Shown: positions 14,150 to 25,565 of the stretch, piece after piece
How the letters are laid out: each line of letters opens with the position of its first letter
How positions within the stretch are numbered: the first letter of the stretch is position 1
DNA from: Priapulus caudatus
Taxonomy: Eukaryota
Direction of reading: 5' to 3'
DNA: 64,000 bases
Assembly: GCF_000485595.1 (NCBI RefSeq)
Contig: NW_014577085.1
Span: 569,784 to 633,783 of the forward strand
Position numbers and translations under genes: made by a program
Notes under the pieces: model-generated
What the model saw: only the letters and a program-made list of their open reading frames with translations
Databases searched by the model: none
Told to the model about the DNA's origin: nothing

Positions 14150-14884
14150 GTATCGGTTTTGGAATAGCCTACACGCCATGCGTCATTATGGCGGGAACGT
14201 ATTTCAATAGATGGCGCTATCTGTCTACAGCCGTCGCGTGCAGCGGCGGTGGATTGGGCGTGATTGCCTTCTCTTTCATCTTTAGCAATCTGACGGAGGC
14301 TTATGGCTTGCGAGGCTCTATGCTAATAAACGGTGGCATAGCCCTGAATCTCGTGCTCTGTGGTGTCCTCCTGCGACCGTTGTCTACCGCACCAGCCGCT
14401 AAGATACCTGCCTGTGACGTCACGTTGCTGCGTGACGTCAAATTGCTCATCTTCGCCGTCAGTATGATCCTCTGGAACATCGGCACAGTGACGGTTTTTG
14501 TCACAGTCAGTGATTATCTCATAGAGAGTGGGATAGCGCAAGATAAAGCCTACTTTCTACTTACGATCATCGGTATATCCAACACGATCGGGCGCCTGTT
14601 AGCTGGTTTCACCGCTCTAATTCGCCACATACGCTACGCTAACCATTGGGTTTACACCGTATCCGTGGCCGGCCACGCAATATCGAGCATGCTGTTTAGT
14701 ACTGGCGGAACATTCGGCGTCTTCGCTCTGTATGGAACACTGTTTGGGTTCTTTTTCGGTCTGCAGCTGGGAGCGTTGGCAAACGTTATCATAGATCTCT
14801 TCGGAATTAAAAAGTTCAACAACAGCTATGGTTACCTTATGTTTGCCGAGGGAATTGGAAATGTAATTGGAGCTCCCATTGCAG
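14150..14884 (+). CDS. SLC16/monocarboxylate transporter-like MFS protein, large internal exon (about TM4-TM11)
   Basis: ttttacag|...GCAG|gtacag boundaries, 735 bp and open. Motifs GIGFGIAYTP, YFNRWR, GLRGSMLINGGIALN..CG.LLRP, GISNTIGRL, DLFG, GAPIAG. First and last exons were not found in the window. Confidence 0.92.
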
Positions 14885-15795
14885 GTACAGTCTTGAAAAT
14901 TCAATTACGACATTACTACTAATAATCTTACCGAATTTGATATTTTAGCGTGTCTTTTCCATCTAGTCATTAGATAATTCTACGTGATTGTAGTTGTTTT
15001 GAACGCGTAAGGATTATGACGAAGGATTTGCACATGTATGTGTTAATCACTTCTAGGGGCAAATCGCTCGGCAACTATGGTTTCTTGGTGTTATAAAGCT
15101 GGCAATACAGCGACCTGATCACCTGACCGACTAACTGATTGATGGATGGATGGATTGATTGAACGATTAATAGATCGATTGATCGATTTCTGTTGAATTA
15201 GGTGCACTTCGTGATTACACAAGGAGTTACGTCGTATCGTTCCTTTGCGCTGGTTCGTCCAGTCTGCTGAGTTCTGCTATTCTCGTCCTGCTGTATTTCT
15301 GCGACAAAAGACAAAAACCCGCATCGACCCACGTTGACAGAAAGCAACGCCACTCTTTAGTAGAATTTCATCATAGAGTTGAGGAACAGTATGACCCTCG
15401 CAAGATGTCTACGTTAACAGCTGAGACTGTGGTAGCTGACGTTAGTGACGTCCAGGAGCCTGGTAACCTAGCTGTCACGTTGGAATAGTGCTCTTTATTG
15501 ATGTGAGTAGTGAAGTTGCTCTAACGTATGATGTAGGCACCATGTAACACCATGTTTAAGGCGTTTAAAACGCTTGTCTGTTTTGAAAGTCAGTTAGCAT
15601 AGAATCATGCTATCACCCATTCGTGACTGTTCACCATGCATTCATATATATGACGCCGGCTTCATAATCTAAGTATCTAAGTATCTAAGTATCTATATAA
15701 TTTTATGATTTTAAGTTGTATACCACTATCTCCGTTACTCTACATAGAATATATANNNNNNNNNNNNNNNNNNNNNNNNNGGCATACAGGTATAT

Positions 15796-15835
<40 letters not shown>

Positions 15836-16974
15836 TATATCGATTATCATATATCAGTGAGTCATGATAATCGACTAATCAAAATATCCAAAGCAAGAGA
15901 ACGATAGCCACTTGTATACGTTTGTAATGACTCATCAAAATATCCAAAGCAAGAGAACAAACGCCACTTGAATACGATTGTTTTGGTACACTGTCGATAT
16001 ATAAGTAGTGTTTCGGCGTGTTTTCCATGAAAAACACGTGTTTACTAATTAATATAATATATAATATCACTATAATTTAGTTCTTTGTACGTTCACCTAA
16101 TTTTCATACGTTCAGAGTTACGAGAGAGTGTAGGATCTCATAATGTTAAGAGGAAATTTGCTAGAATTTTTCATTCTCGTAACGTTACAATGTCACGAAC
16201 AGTCTACGATTCGAAGTTAATGTTAAGACTAATTTTGTTTCTGACAACGGGCCCCTGTTTTCGCAAAACGAATTTGCATCAATTCTTTGAAAAGGTCACG
16301 GCTATTCTTGAAAAGGGCGGAACAGACATCTATCAGCATCCCAGCACAATCAAAAGATTCTGCACCTCCTCCTACCCGAAACTCTCTTCGGGCATGTAAA
16401 AAAATACCTTCCTCTCCACAAACAACATGATGAATGGGTCTATACGTTCATCTCGTTTGTTTTGGTTTGTTTTGATAGTCGCCACGCTCGCGTCTTGTGT
16501 TGCAGTGCAGAATGAATTCAAGAGCGTGTCGTTTTTCCATCAGATATTATTTATATGTGGTTAACGATCATAATATCAGGAGTGAATAAAGAGATCTCTA
16601 TTATTCACTCCTGATAATATGCATAAAATACTGTGATGTACAATAAATGTGTATGAATTTGAGTTTTGTGATCGATTCTCATCCAATCAGCAGCCCCGTG
16701 ACAGTAAATTTTCTCAAGTTCCTGTTATCGTAAGATTTGACTTCCCTAGAAAGCTTGATGATAATTAATATAATCGTTGTATCATTTGTTTCCGTATCTC
16801 CGCATCAAATTCAGCGTCAACACTGTGACAGTGTGAGTCCAGATGCTCTGAAGTGAGTGTACCGTACGCATGAAAGAGAATAGCAATTATGGTATACATG
16901 CTAATGTTTAATAATTTTAATTAATTACTACAAACACAATAAAAGTTTTAACGCCGATAATGATCTTATCGGTA

Positions 16975-17500
16975 CAATGCTTATTACGAAAGCGAGAAAG
17001 AACCACAACAAATATTTGAGAAGCATCATATATTAACATTATATGAGTAATGAATATCATAGCCAATTCAAAATAGATAAAAAAAAGACTAGGTAATGAG
17101 TTATTTGAGAAACCGTACATGTATTTTGTACCAGTTCGATGTTATAGATGTCATGAACATCAGTAATTTGAGTTCTCTATCCACTGGGGTGGCATGATCT
17201 ATACGCTTAGCAAACTTGATGCATTTTACTATTTGGTTCGGTAATTCAACAGCCGGGGATAATACTGATTTAGAAGCTGATCCTTATGTGAGGATTCCAT
17301 ATTGTAAATAGGGGATAGGAAAGCGCATAATATACAGAAGTAAGAGTGTTAGTATCTACGTATTGTCTGAATTGTATGTTTGATGTATTGTATTGTCATC
17401 CGCGAACAGTATTGTAACAAAGTTAGATGGAGATGGGAGATCATTTATGTAGACCAAGAACAAAAGTGGACATAGCGTTGATCCTTGTGGTACGTAACAA
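16975..17500 (-). mobile_element. CR1/L2-type LINE reverse transcriptase remnant
   Basis: Minus strand reads VPQGSTLCPLLFLVYINDLPSPSNFVTILFADD, followed by a YYALSYPYLQYG-like segment. It is disrupted. Confidence 0.85.
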
Positions 17501-17738
17501 TGGAATTTGTAACGGAAACAAAAGTATTTGAGCATCTAATCGGTAGCTTTTATCTCATTGTAAATTATAATTGTGTCTTACGGAATTAGATTAGATCGTA
17601 TAAACTTATCGGTAAATATTTAAAAAAAATACTCGGTTACTCATTTCATGGAGAGTGTATCGTAAAATCAGAAAACTTGTTATATTACTCAGAAGACACT
17701 CACTTAATCACCTTATTTTATTTTCCATACAAAATACA

Positions 17739-18860
17739 ATGGCATTTAACTTGCAAGATTGTGCGCATGACAGACTCTACCGTGAGGTTGTGCACGTACC
17801 ACCACATCCGCACGTCGATCTGGAGGTATTGTTGAATAACCTAGAGGACGACGTTCGACATGTCGTTGTAAACGAAATCGAACGTATCTTAGGTTGGTCA
17901 TTTAGAATATCTTTATCAGTGTTGATTACAATGATTCAGCCAACAACAGGAAAAGAGTTACCCCAAGAAATCGATGTGACATTCAGCACAAAATTAGCCG
18001 ATATCGGCGAAGAGTGGTATAATGATGCAAAATGTAGCCTACTAAAACGCGTAGAAGCGTTTACATGCACTATTAAAATCAAACTGGTCATTGAAGACTG
18101 TTAATAAAATAATTCTTCACGTAAGAAAGTTGGACGTGCTGCGAGCGAAAAAGGGTCATGGAGACGTTCTTTTGCCTAAAAGGTTATCTGCAAAGCAAGC
18201 AGTAATTAATCTACAGCATATACGCGAAAATAAGTGCTTTCTCTACTCTGTACTGGCCGCAATTCATCATGGTCGTTTCGTGTCACATAAATACCGTGTT
18301 CGTAACTACCACAATTATATTGACGATCTAAGCATGAAGGGCATAGCGTATTCCGTGGATGTTAAGTCTGGTATAACTAGATTTGAGAAACAAAATCCGA
18401 GATATGCCATCACGGTGTTCGAATGGACTGACTTATTAAACGACGAGCTACTAGTTAAAGTTGTCAGACAACCATCGAGTAAGGTTTCAAATGGCCGCAA
18501 GATAATAATGTTGCTATTAGTAAAAGACGACCGAGGAAAATACCACTATTTGCCAATTGTCAATCTAAATCGACTACTAAATTCAAAGTGTGGTGTGAGA
18601 AATAGGTATTGTTGCGAGCAATGTCTGCAGCCTTTCCATCAGAAATCTTTATACGTCGTTCACCACCAATGGTGCTACGAAGGAAGGCGTCAGATTGAGA
18701 AACTGCCAGAGGAGGGTAGTATAAGTACAACTTCGACAACTGGCGAAAAACGATATCACTTAGCTATTACGTCATAGCCGATGCAGAATGTATCACAACA
18801 AAGGTCAAGGATCTGTCGGGAAAGGTACAAAAATATCAACCGATTAAGAAACCAATCAAC
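17739..18860 (+). pseudogene. Polinton/adintovirus-type DNA polymerase B, N-terminal relic (two frameshifts)
   Basis: Joined frames give VEAF..KSNWSL, LPKRLSAKQAVINLQ..NKCFLYSVLAAIH, RFEKQNP, HYLPIVNLNRLL, CEQC..F......HHQWC, and then YVIADAEC (ExoI-like) near 18768-18791. Confidence 0.75.
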
Positions 18861-21628
18861 ACGGTTTGCTCGCCTGCTCATTGGACACTGAGAACGGACG
18901 TCAGTGCATAATGAGGTGCAGGGCGACTTATAGATAGGAAGAGAGGAATATTCGAGAGGGAAGGCAGGGTGTGGCACTGGTATACGTAGTTGGGTTTGTG
19001 TATGGAGTCACATATGTATTAGAATAAAGCCGCTATAATATACAAGAAGTCTTCGACCATCACTGTTAACGAGCATTGACCAACTTGTACGAGTGACGGA
19101 CAAAACCAGCCTTACAATACCGAGGTCACAGAACATTCGCTGTACGTGATTTCTCACTTTTACAAACTGATTGTGAAATATAATCAAAACACTTCCTGTT
19201 CACATCCTGTTTTTATTCCATAAGCCCATCCTGTTTTTTCATTCCTTATCAGATAATGATAGTGCTGTATCTAAAATATGAACTCATATAGGGTATCGAG
19301 GTCATGCACTTTTACCACCTTAACGAGGACAGACTGGACCCCAATATAGTCTCAATGTATGGGAGAGCAGGGTACACTGAGAGTTCTATGATGCCACTGA
19401 ATGAGGGTAAGATTCGGCTAGTAACAAAAATTGGGGTTAAAATGCACCACCACGGGGCGTCACGTCACTTACGGGCAACCGCCAACCGGCAGTTAGATGC
19501 GATATGATATGACTCGGCGCATACAGTTTGAATATTTCATCATAGCTCCTCCTTTTTAAATCAGCAAATTGGACTCGAAAAAATTACCTTTTATATATAA
19601 GATTAGATATAGAATAACTCTCTATATAAATATTCCTACGTTTGGAACATCATACTCATATGCACTGATTAATCAGCCAAAAATCGTCGCTATTTACAGT
19701 TGACCTCAACGCACTATAAATTACTGTATTCTTTTGTTGAATAGCTATCCCATTGATCAATATTATTTTACCTTGCGTTTTATGCTTCTCTTTGCCGCCA
19801 CCTTTCGCAGTGACAGATCGTAGCTCTTTATGTGTACAATGAATTATTGCGGTAACGGTCTATAACTATATCTCCAAGCTAGTTATTACATTCGCCTTAC
19901 TACATGCGTTTCTTACAAATTCTTTCATACAATGCACTTTATTAAACATTAAAACAATCCTCTTCTATAGATTCTGTTCCTCGTAAGAATTCATATTATG
20001 TTAAGAGTATTGATATTAAGCAGTCATATTTATATTATCTACGTTAAATGCACGCCATAGTATTACTATAGTTATCATACGTGTTCAGGTGCACACAGTG
20101 TGAATATATTGTTATCTTTTTTGTGCGTATCTCGCAGTCTCTTATTTAATGTTTCGGTCAAATTATTGCCAAACCCTAGATCTCCTCAGTTTATCTTAGT
20201 AACTATGTATTTCCTTCATGCCCCTGAAGGGCCGCTCAAAAAATAAAACATTGTCAAAATCATTGTCATTGCCCATAGATTACCCATAAGGCTTCGTCTT
20301 TTTCTTCTAACTCCGCTATGTTAAAATTAAATGATAATTTCTCCGCATGAGAATTATCACCAAACATATGAACAGCATAACGCACGTTAAATTCGTACTT
20401 TTTCCTGATAGAGTCTTGCAACACGTGTCGTTCAGAAACACGAGAATCATTCCATGCTGCGAGACGACAGTTTGCTCTGCAAGAACATCGTCTGTCAAAA
20501 TGGCTCATCTGCCAGGATTGCAGTTAGCTTGCGTAATCGAGATTAATCCAAAAATCAGTTGATCTTTACAAGGTAAACGTAAGCAATAGATAATTTGTAC
20601 GGTTCGTTTGCTAAACGTTTCCAGATCTTTGACCTTATTCTATTAGCTGGTGTTGAGTTTTTTACACAACTAGCTTATCTGAAGCAACTAAGCACAATAA
20701 ATCAGGACAGGAAGGAGACTCCTGATAAATTAAATAAAGATAAACATCTGTACCGATCACATCTACATAAACAGTAATTCACTCACACTTACTTCGCACC
20801 ACGTGGCTCGACCTTATAATAGATGGCTGTCAAACACTCACTCTCTTCCGTTGCGAACTAGGAGAGACAACTAACTCTCGCTTCCTTCTCCTTTTAAGAA
20901 GGTTTGCCACCGTGAAAGATGTTCCAAGAAAAATTCAACGAAACTTTATCTGTACACCTGTATTAAAATTAACGAGAACTATTTGTAAGAAACGAAATTG
21001 TCAATGATGAAAAATGCGGCCTCGTTATAATCAGCATAATAGATCAAATCAAATATCTGTAAATGATATTAAAAAAAGTTAATCTCGACACTTGCACAAT
21101 GGTATACACATACGACATACTAGATACACATCACAGCGATGCATATCAACTTAAAACTCGACTTCTCAACACTCGAGTCAACGCGTCGGCGTCACACTCG
21201 TCTTCCCCTCCCTCTCTCCTCTAGCTATCCTTTAAAGGGGGATAACTAAACATTCTTTCTCCGTGTCGATGGTGTCGCGTTCTAGCTTCAGAACAGCCTG
21301 AGTAAGCGTTGATCGGGAAACAGCGCATATGTAACTCTTCAGCTGTTCTTGTTTTACTTGGCTGTTGTTCTTATCTCTGCTGCGTTCTGCACATCTTACG
21401 ACTAGTCGACTTTCACTAGAAATCGGCACCGTGCATGTAACGTCGCCGTGTACACAACACAAGATTCGCCACGCTACGAAATCTGTTTATAATGATCCGA
21501 TACTCTGAACTTTCGGTCGCATGCATATTCATGATTGCATACGCTACAAAAGTTAATGCGATATTCCTGTCACAGACGTTCACGTAGATTTTTACTAACC
21601 AAGACATCTCATTGTATTTACTTTACAG

Positions 21629-22575
21629 ATTACAATTCAGACATTTACGTTATAAAAGCTGAGATCGCTATGATGCAACTTCCTAAGCAAAAATAAGATT
21701 AGACATAAACAAAGAACGGAAACTCACCAGTTGATGCAATCAAATCCGCTTGAAAGCCTCTCAGCTGATATGCGCCTTCGTGATATAACCGGCAGGTGCT
21801 TTTGCTGTGGAATACTATCGCCTAGGTGACGCCCCGAGTATGCAAAAACAAGACATTCACGGCCTTAATCAGGAGCAAGCAGACGCAGCGGCAGCTTGCT
21901 GCATTGTCATGGGACTTCATCGCAGCGATCATCCTAATGTCGCATAAGAATGGCCGATGTCCATCCGACTCAAACCAACCTGGAGAGACAACTCTATCTG
22001 CAGTACTGTCTCTTGACAACATGCCCTGCTTCTCATGACAATGCGTTTAGCCCTGAAACATGGTGTTGAACAAATATTGATGCAAATATCACTTACGTCA
22101 ATATTCTCTGCGCACCGAACACACGCTTGTCGCTTCACTGGAGTTGTAAAGTCAATCCACTAACCAGTAGCTGCGTTGATAGGCGCTTGCTGCAAGACAG
22201 GTAAAGACCTTGGATGTCGGAAGGTACCGGACGTGTGTATTTCGCATTTCCGGAAAACTCAACCTGATCCCGTCTCGCAATATCACCGCGCTATGCAAAA
22301 TAGTAGACCACCAGACACGTATGAGTATGCAAACACATTGTGCTGCTGTGCTATTCAGTGTTTTACTACATGCATGTATGGTAGAACAGCCAATTCTCCT
22401 AGCAAAAAACACAAAACGATACAAGGGCATATTGCATATGTCCGAATAAGGCTGCATCAGGCAAAAATAAGTATTGTTGATAAGAAATGATTGTAAGAGT
22501 TCAGTGCTATATTCCTGTACAGCATACATGATTTAACTAAATTACAATATATTTCTATACACGCGGTCAAGCTAA
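21629..22575 (+). pseudogene. POMK: POMK/SGK196-like kinase, copy 1, exon 2 (indel-rich; exon 1 at about 21300-21551)
   Basis: ctttacag acceptor. Nucleotide match to the copies at 34193-34690 and 45495-46154. DVGRYRTCV/RKVPDVC fragments of the DVWKIPDVC motif appear across frames. Confidence 0.7.
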
Positions 22576-22964
22576 TATCCAAAACGATTTTGTACGTGCC
22601 CTTTTCCTCTTGAAAAGTGAACTTAATAAACGGAAGTGACGTACGCTGCGCCTCATGGTGCGGGGGAAAACGTGACGTAATACAGCGGAAGTGATGTGCG
22701 CCATGTGACAGTCGAGTGACGTTAAAATTAATCCGTAAGATGGAGCACTCCACGGCAGTTAGATGCGATATGATCATGACTATCTAGGCACTTAGGTACT
22801 ATGACTACTAGCCCCTTAAAAAAAAAAAACCTAACCCTTCAACCTAACCGATAACTAAACCTAAAACATAAGCTAAAACCCTAACCCTAACTCCTAACAA
22901 AATAAAATTAAATTAAATTAAAGTCTAGTAGTTACCATCNNNNNNNNNNNNNNNNNNNNNNNNN

Positions 22965-23604
22965 ATGTACCCCTGATCTTGGCCAAAAGCGAGGATCCAT
23001 GCATTATAATTTTCTAAATGATCCAATTGAACCCAATCATAGTCAGGGGCATTCCCAGCAGCTGCTCTATTTTGCCGTCCTCTACCACGACCCCTGCCTC
23101 TTCTGGCTGCATTCTGCCCTCTCCCAGGTCTGCCATGTGCCCCTCTGGGCCTGCCACGTGCCCCTCTGGGCCTGCCACGTGCCCCTCTGGGCCTGCCACG
23201 ACCCCCTCTGGGGGGTAGGGGGTCAGAGTCAACATTATGTACATCGTCATGCAATACAGGCTTGTCTGCATCATTTTCACTATCCGAACCGGACGGCCAA
23301 TCATCGTCTGACGGCAAGAATTCGCCCTCAGAATCGCTGTCAGCGAATAATTGGTCTATTGCTTCTTCAACACTGAACAGTCTTCTGGTCATTTTGGCAA
23401 AAAAATCGGTGATTTTCCGTCGAAATTTACTCCAAAACTTTGAATAACAACACAAGATTATTATGGTGTAGAATTGATGCGCTACCCCTCCGCCATCTAG
23501 CGGGGATATATAAAAGCAATTCCTAGCCGTATTTTCGTATTTTTTTTAATGTTTTATAGTGGGGTGTATCCTGTCGCAATTCGGCGACGGTGGCAGGGAA
23601 AGGG
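22965..23604 (-). mobile_element. piggyBac 5' end: TTAA, TIR and N-terminal transposase coding region
   Basis: TTAA|CCCTTTCCCTGCC on the minus strand (23608-23592). ATG at 23392 gives MTRRLFSVEEAIDQLFADSDSEGEF..., an acidic N-terminus typical of piggyBac transposases. It runs into an N-gap. Confidence 0.85.
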
Positions 23605-23611
23605 TTAATGT

Positions 23612-23780
23612 AGGCAGATATTGGTCCAATATCGGCCTAGTGATATTGGCCGCAATATTGTTTCTTGCTAATATTGGCCGATATTGGACCAATATCTGGC
23701 CTATAATGGTCCAATATATTCCTGGTGATATTGGCCCAATATTGTTTTGCCAACATTGCGTCCAATATCAGCTTGATGGG
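23612..23780. repeat. ATATTGG..CCAATAT palindromic-unit repeat
   Basis: Multiple 'atattggnccaatat' units. Confidence 0.65.
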
Positions 23781-24008
23781 TGTGTATCTAGATAACCTGT
23801 GCCAATAATAATGTTCGGAAATATACCCTGTCCAGCGGCACGTCCCCAGCTACCTTAACAATAGGAGTGCGCCCCCCCCGCTGGGGCAAGGTCTATAGAT
23901 AAACATGTTATCTATAGCTATGTTTATCTATAGGTCTTGCCCCCCCTGGGGGGAGGGGCTTGTGCGTTCTATGTGCGCACACCGTGTGCTATATCAAAGC
24001 TCGGTACC

Positions 24009-24353
24009 CAGTGGCGTGAGTTAGAGGGGCCAAAGGAGGCCATGGCCCCCCTGTTGATCCGAAAGTTAACATAAAAAAATTAAAAATAAGAAATGTCTGT
24101 ACTCAAGGGTGCCTCAAATACCATTCCTGCGATTCTACATTTGCAAAATTTTTAGGCAAAACCGCCAGAGAAACAACGAACACAAATGTCGCCTTTTTAC
24201 ATGGGCCCCAAACGAAAGATTGCAGAAGCTGAGCGGCGTGGAGCATAGGGTGTGGAGGGGAAGCGGAGGAACCATTAAAATATTCATCCACTATTTTGCG
24301 CAGTTCGCTGTTTTTTGATCCCCGCTTGTTAAAAAATCCTTGGCTAGCCACTG
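24009..24353. mobile_element. hAT-like MITE
   Basis: CAGTGGC ... GCCACTG ends and a 'ggccatggcccccc' subterminal motif. No clear TSD. Confidence 0.5.
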
Positions 24354-24993
24354 TCCCATGCCGATTCTCCCTTGAGCAAAACAGTGCTTCCGTGCTTTGT
24401 TCACTTTCTTCAGACGGCTGACAGCTTCTACTGTACAGAACAACCTGGAAGAACCTCTTTAGGTTGTTCATCGTCAATCATTTTGTTACTTTCACCCTGG
24501 CATGATGAGAGATGATTGAGGCCCTCCTTCAAGTTAAGGCATGGAATTCATATGTTCCCGCGGTGCCTTTATTCCGCCAAATTATCCCTATCGTAATAAT
24601 GACAGCAAGACGGCATGACTTAGTGCTATTGCCCACTTCACAGTCCCTATCGCTTAGGTGGAAAATTACATAATTGACTTACGTATTTTATACAGTTGTG
24701 CGCATTAGCGGTCTTGAGTAGGAACAAAGGACGCCCATCGTGCGTTCCAGAGCTAATGTCGAGGCAATAGTGTGAGCCACAGCAATTGTGCCCTGAAATT
24801 GTTTCCACTGTGCCAGAATGCCTAACCACACTTGCACAGCCGGTCCATAACCTTGTCCAGTCGCGGTTCCGGCCAACACAACCACATACCGGTTATGGTT
24901 ATTACCATGGTCTACGCCGTGATGGAAACGTCAATTATGAAGCTACTTTGCTGCGTGCACAACTCGACGAAACTGTAGATTAGTGAGCCTTTA

Positions 24994-25565
24994 AGCCCGG
25001 CGCACACCGTGGCGATTTTTATCGACAGTACCGTCGATTGTTTATCGCTGGTAACTGTACGATAAAAATCGCCACCGTGTTGCGCCACCCGGCGACAACT
25101 TCAACCGTCTATCAGCCGACTACCATGTTGATGAACTGTAGTGACCCCTGGCTTCCAAACCCCAACTGCATGCATTGCCCCTTCCCACACTCAGCGATTA
25201 AATTCAGTAGATTGAGCCCAAGAGCGACGAGCGCCATCTGTCGTGGCGGGAGTGTTCGTTCAAACACACACCGCGCTATTTGATCACGTGCTTCATAATC
25301 ATGCATTTATGGTTTAATCGCAAAAACTGTGATGCACGAGATCCATCGCAGTGCGGCGCACATCGATAAGCGATTGTTCAGCGGACTGCCGGCAACAAAT
25401 ATCAAACATGTTTTGATATTCCAGGTCGACGAGTTTCTGGCGTCCCAAAATCGGTGACGCCGGGCAGCGCACACGTTGGGCGACTTTCTCGGCGCCTTTT
25501 TTGTCCGTCGCCTCTCGCGTTCCGGCAACAGAATCGCCGGTACTAGCGATAAAAATCATGCCGAA
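24994..25565. mobile_element. PIF/Harbinger-like MITE
   Basis: TAA|GCCCGGCGCACAC start and internal 'gatttttatcg/cgataaaaatc' inverted motifs. A related copy starts near 45070. Confidence 0.5.

Noticed and set aside
22830..22900. Telomere
   Set aside because: It is a short, degenerate, interstitial CCTAA/CCCTAA tract like the one inside the MITE at 10290-10462.
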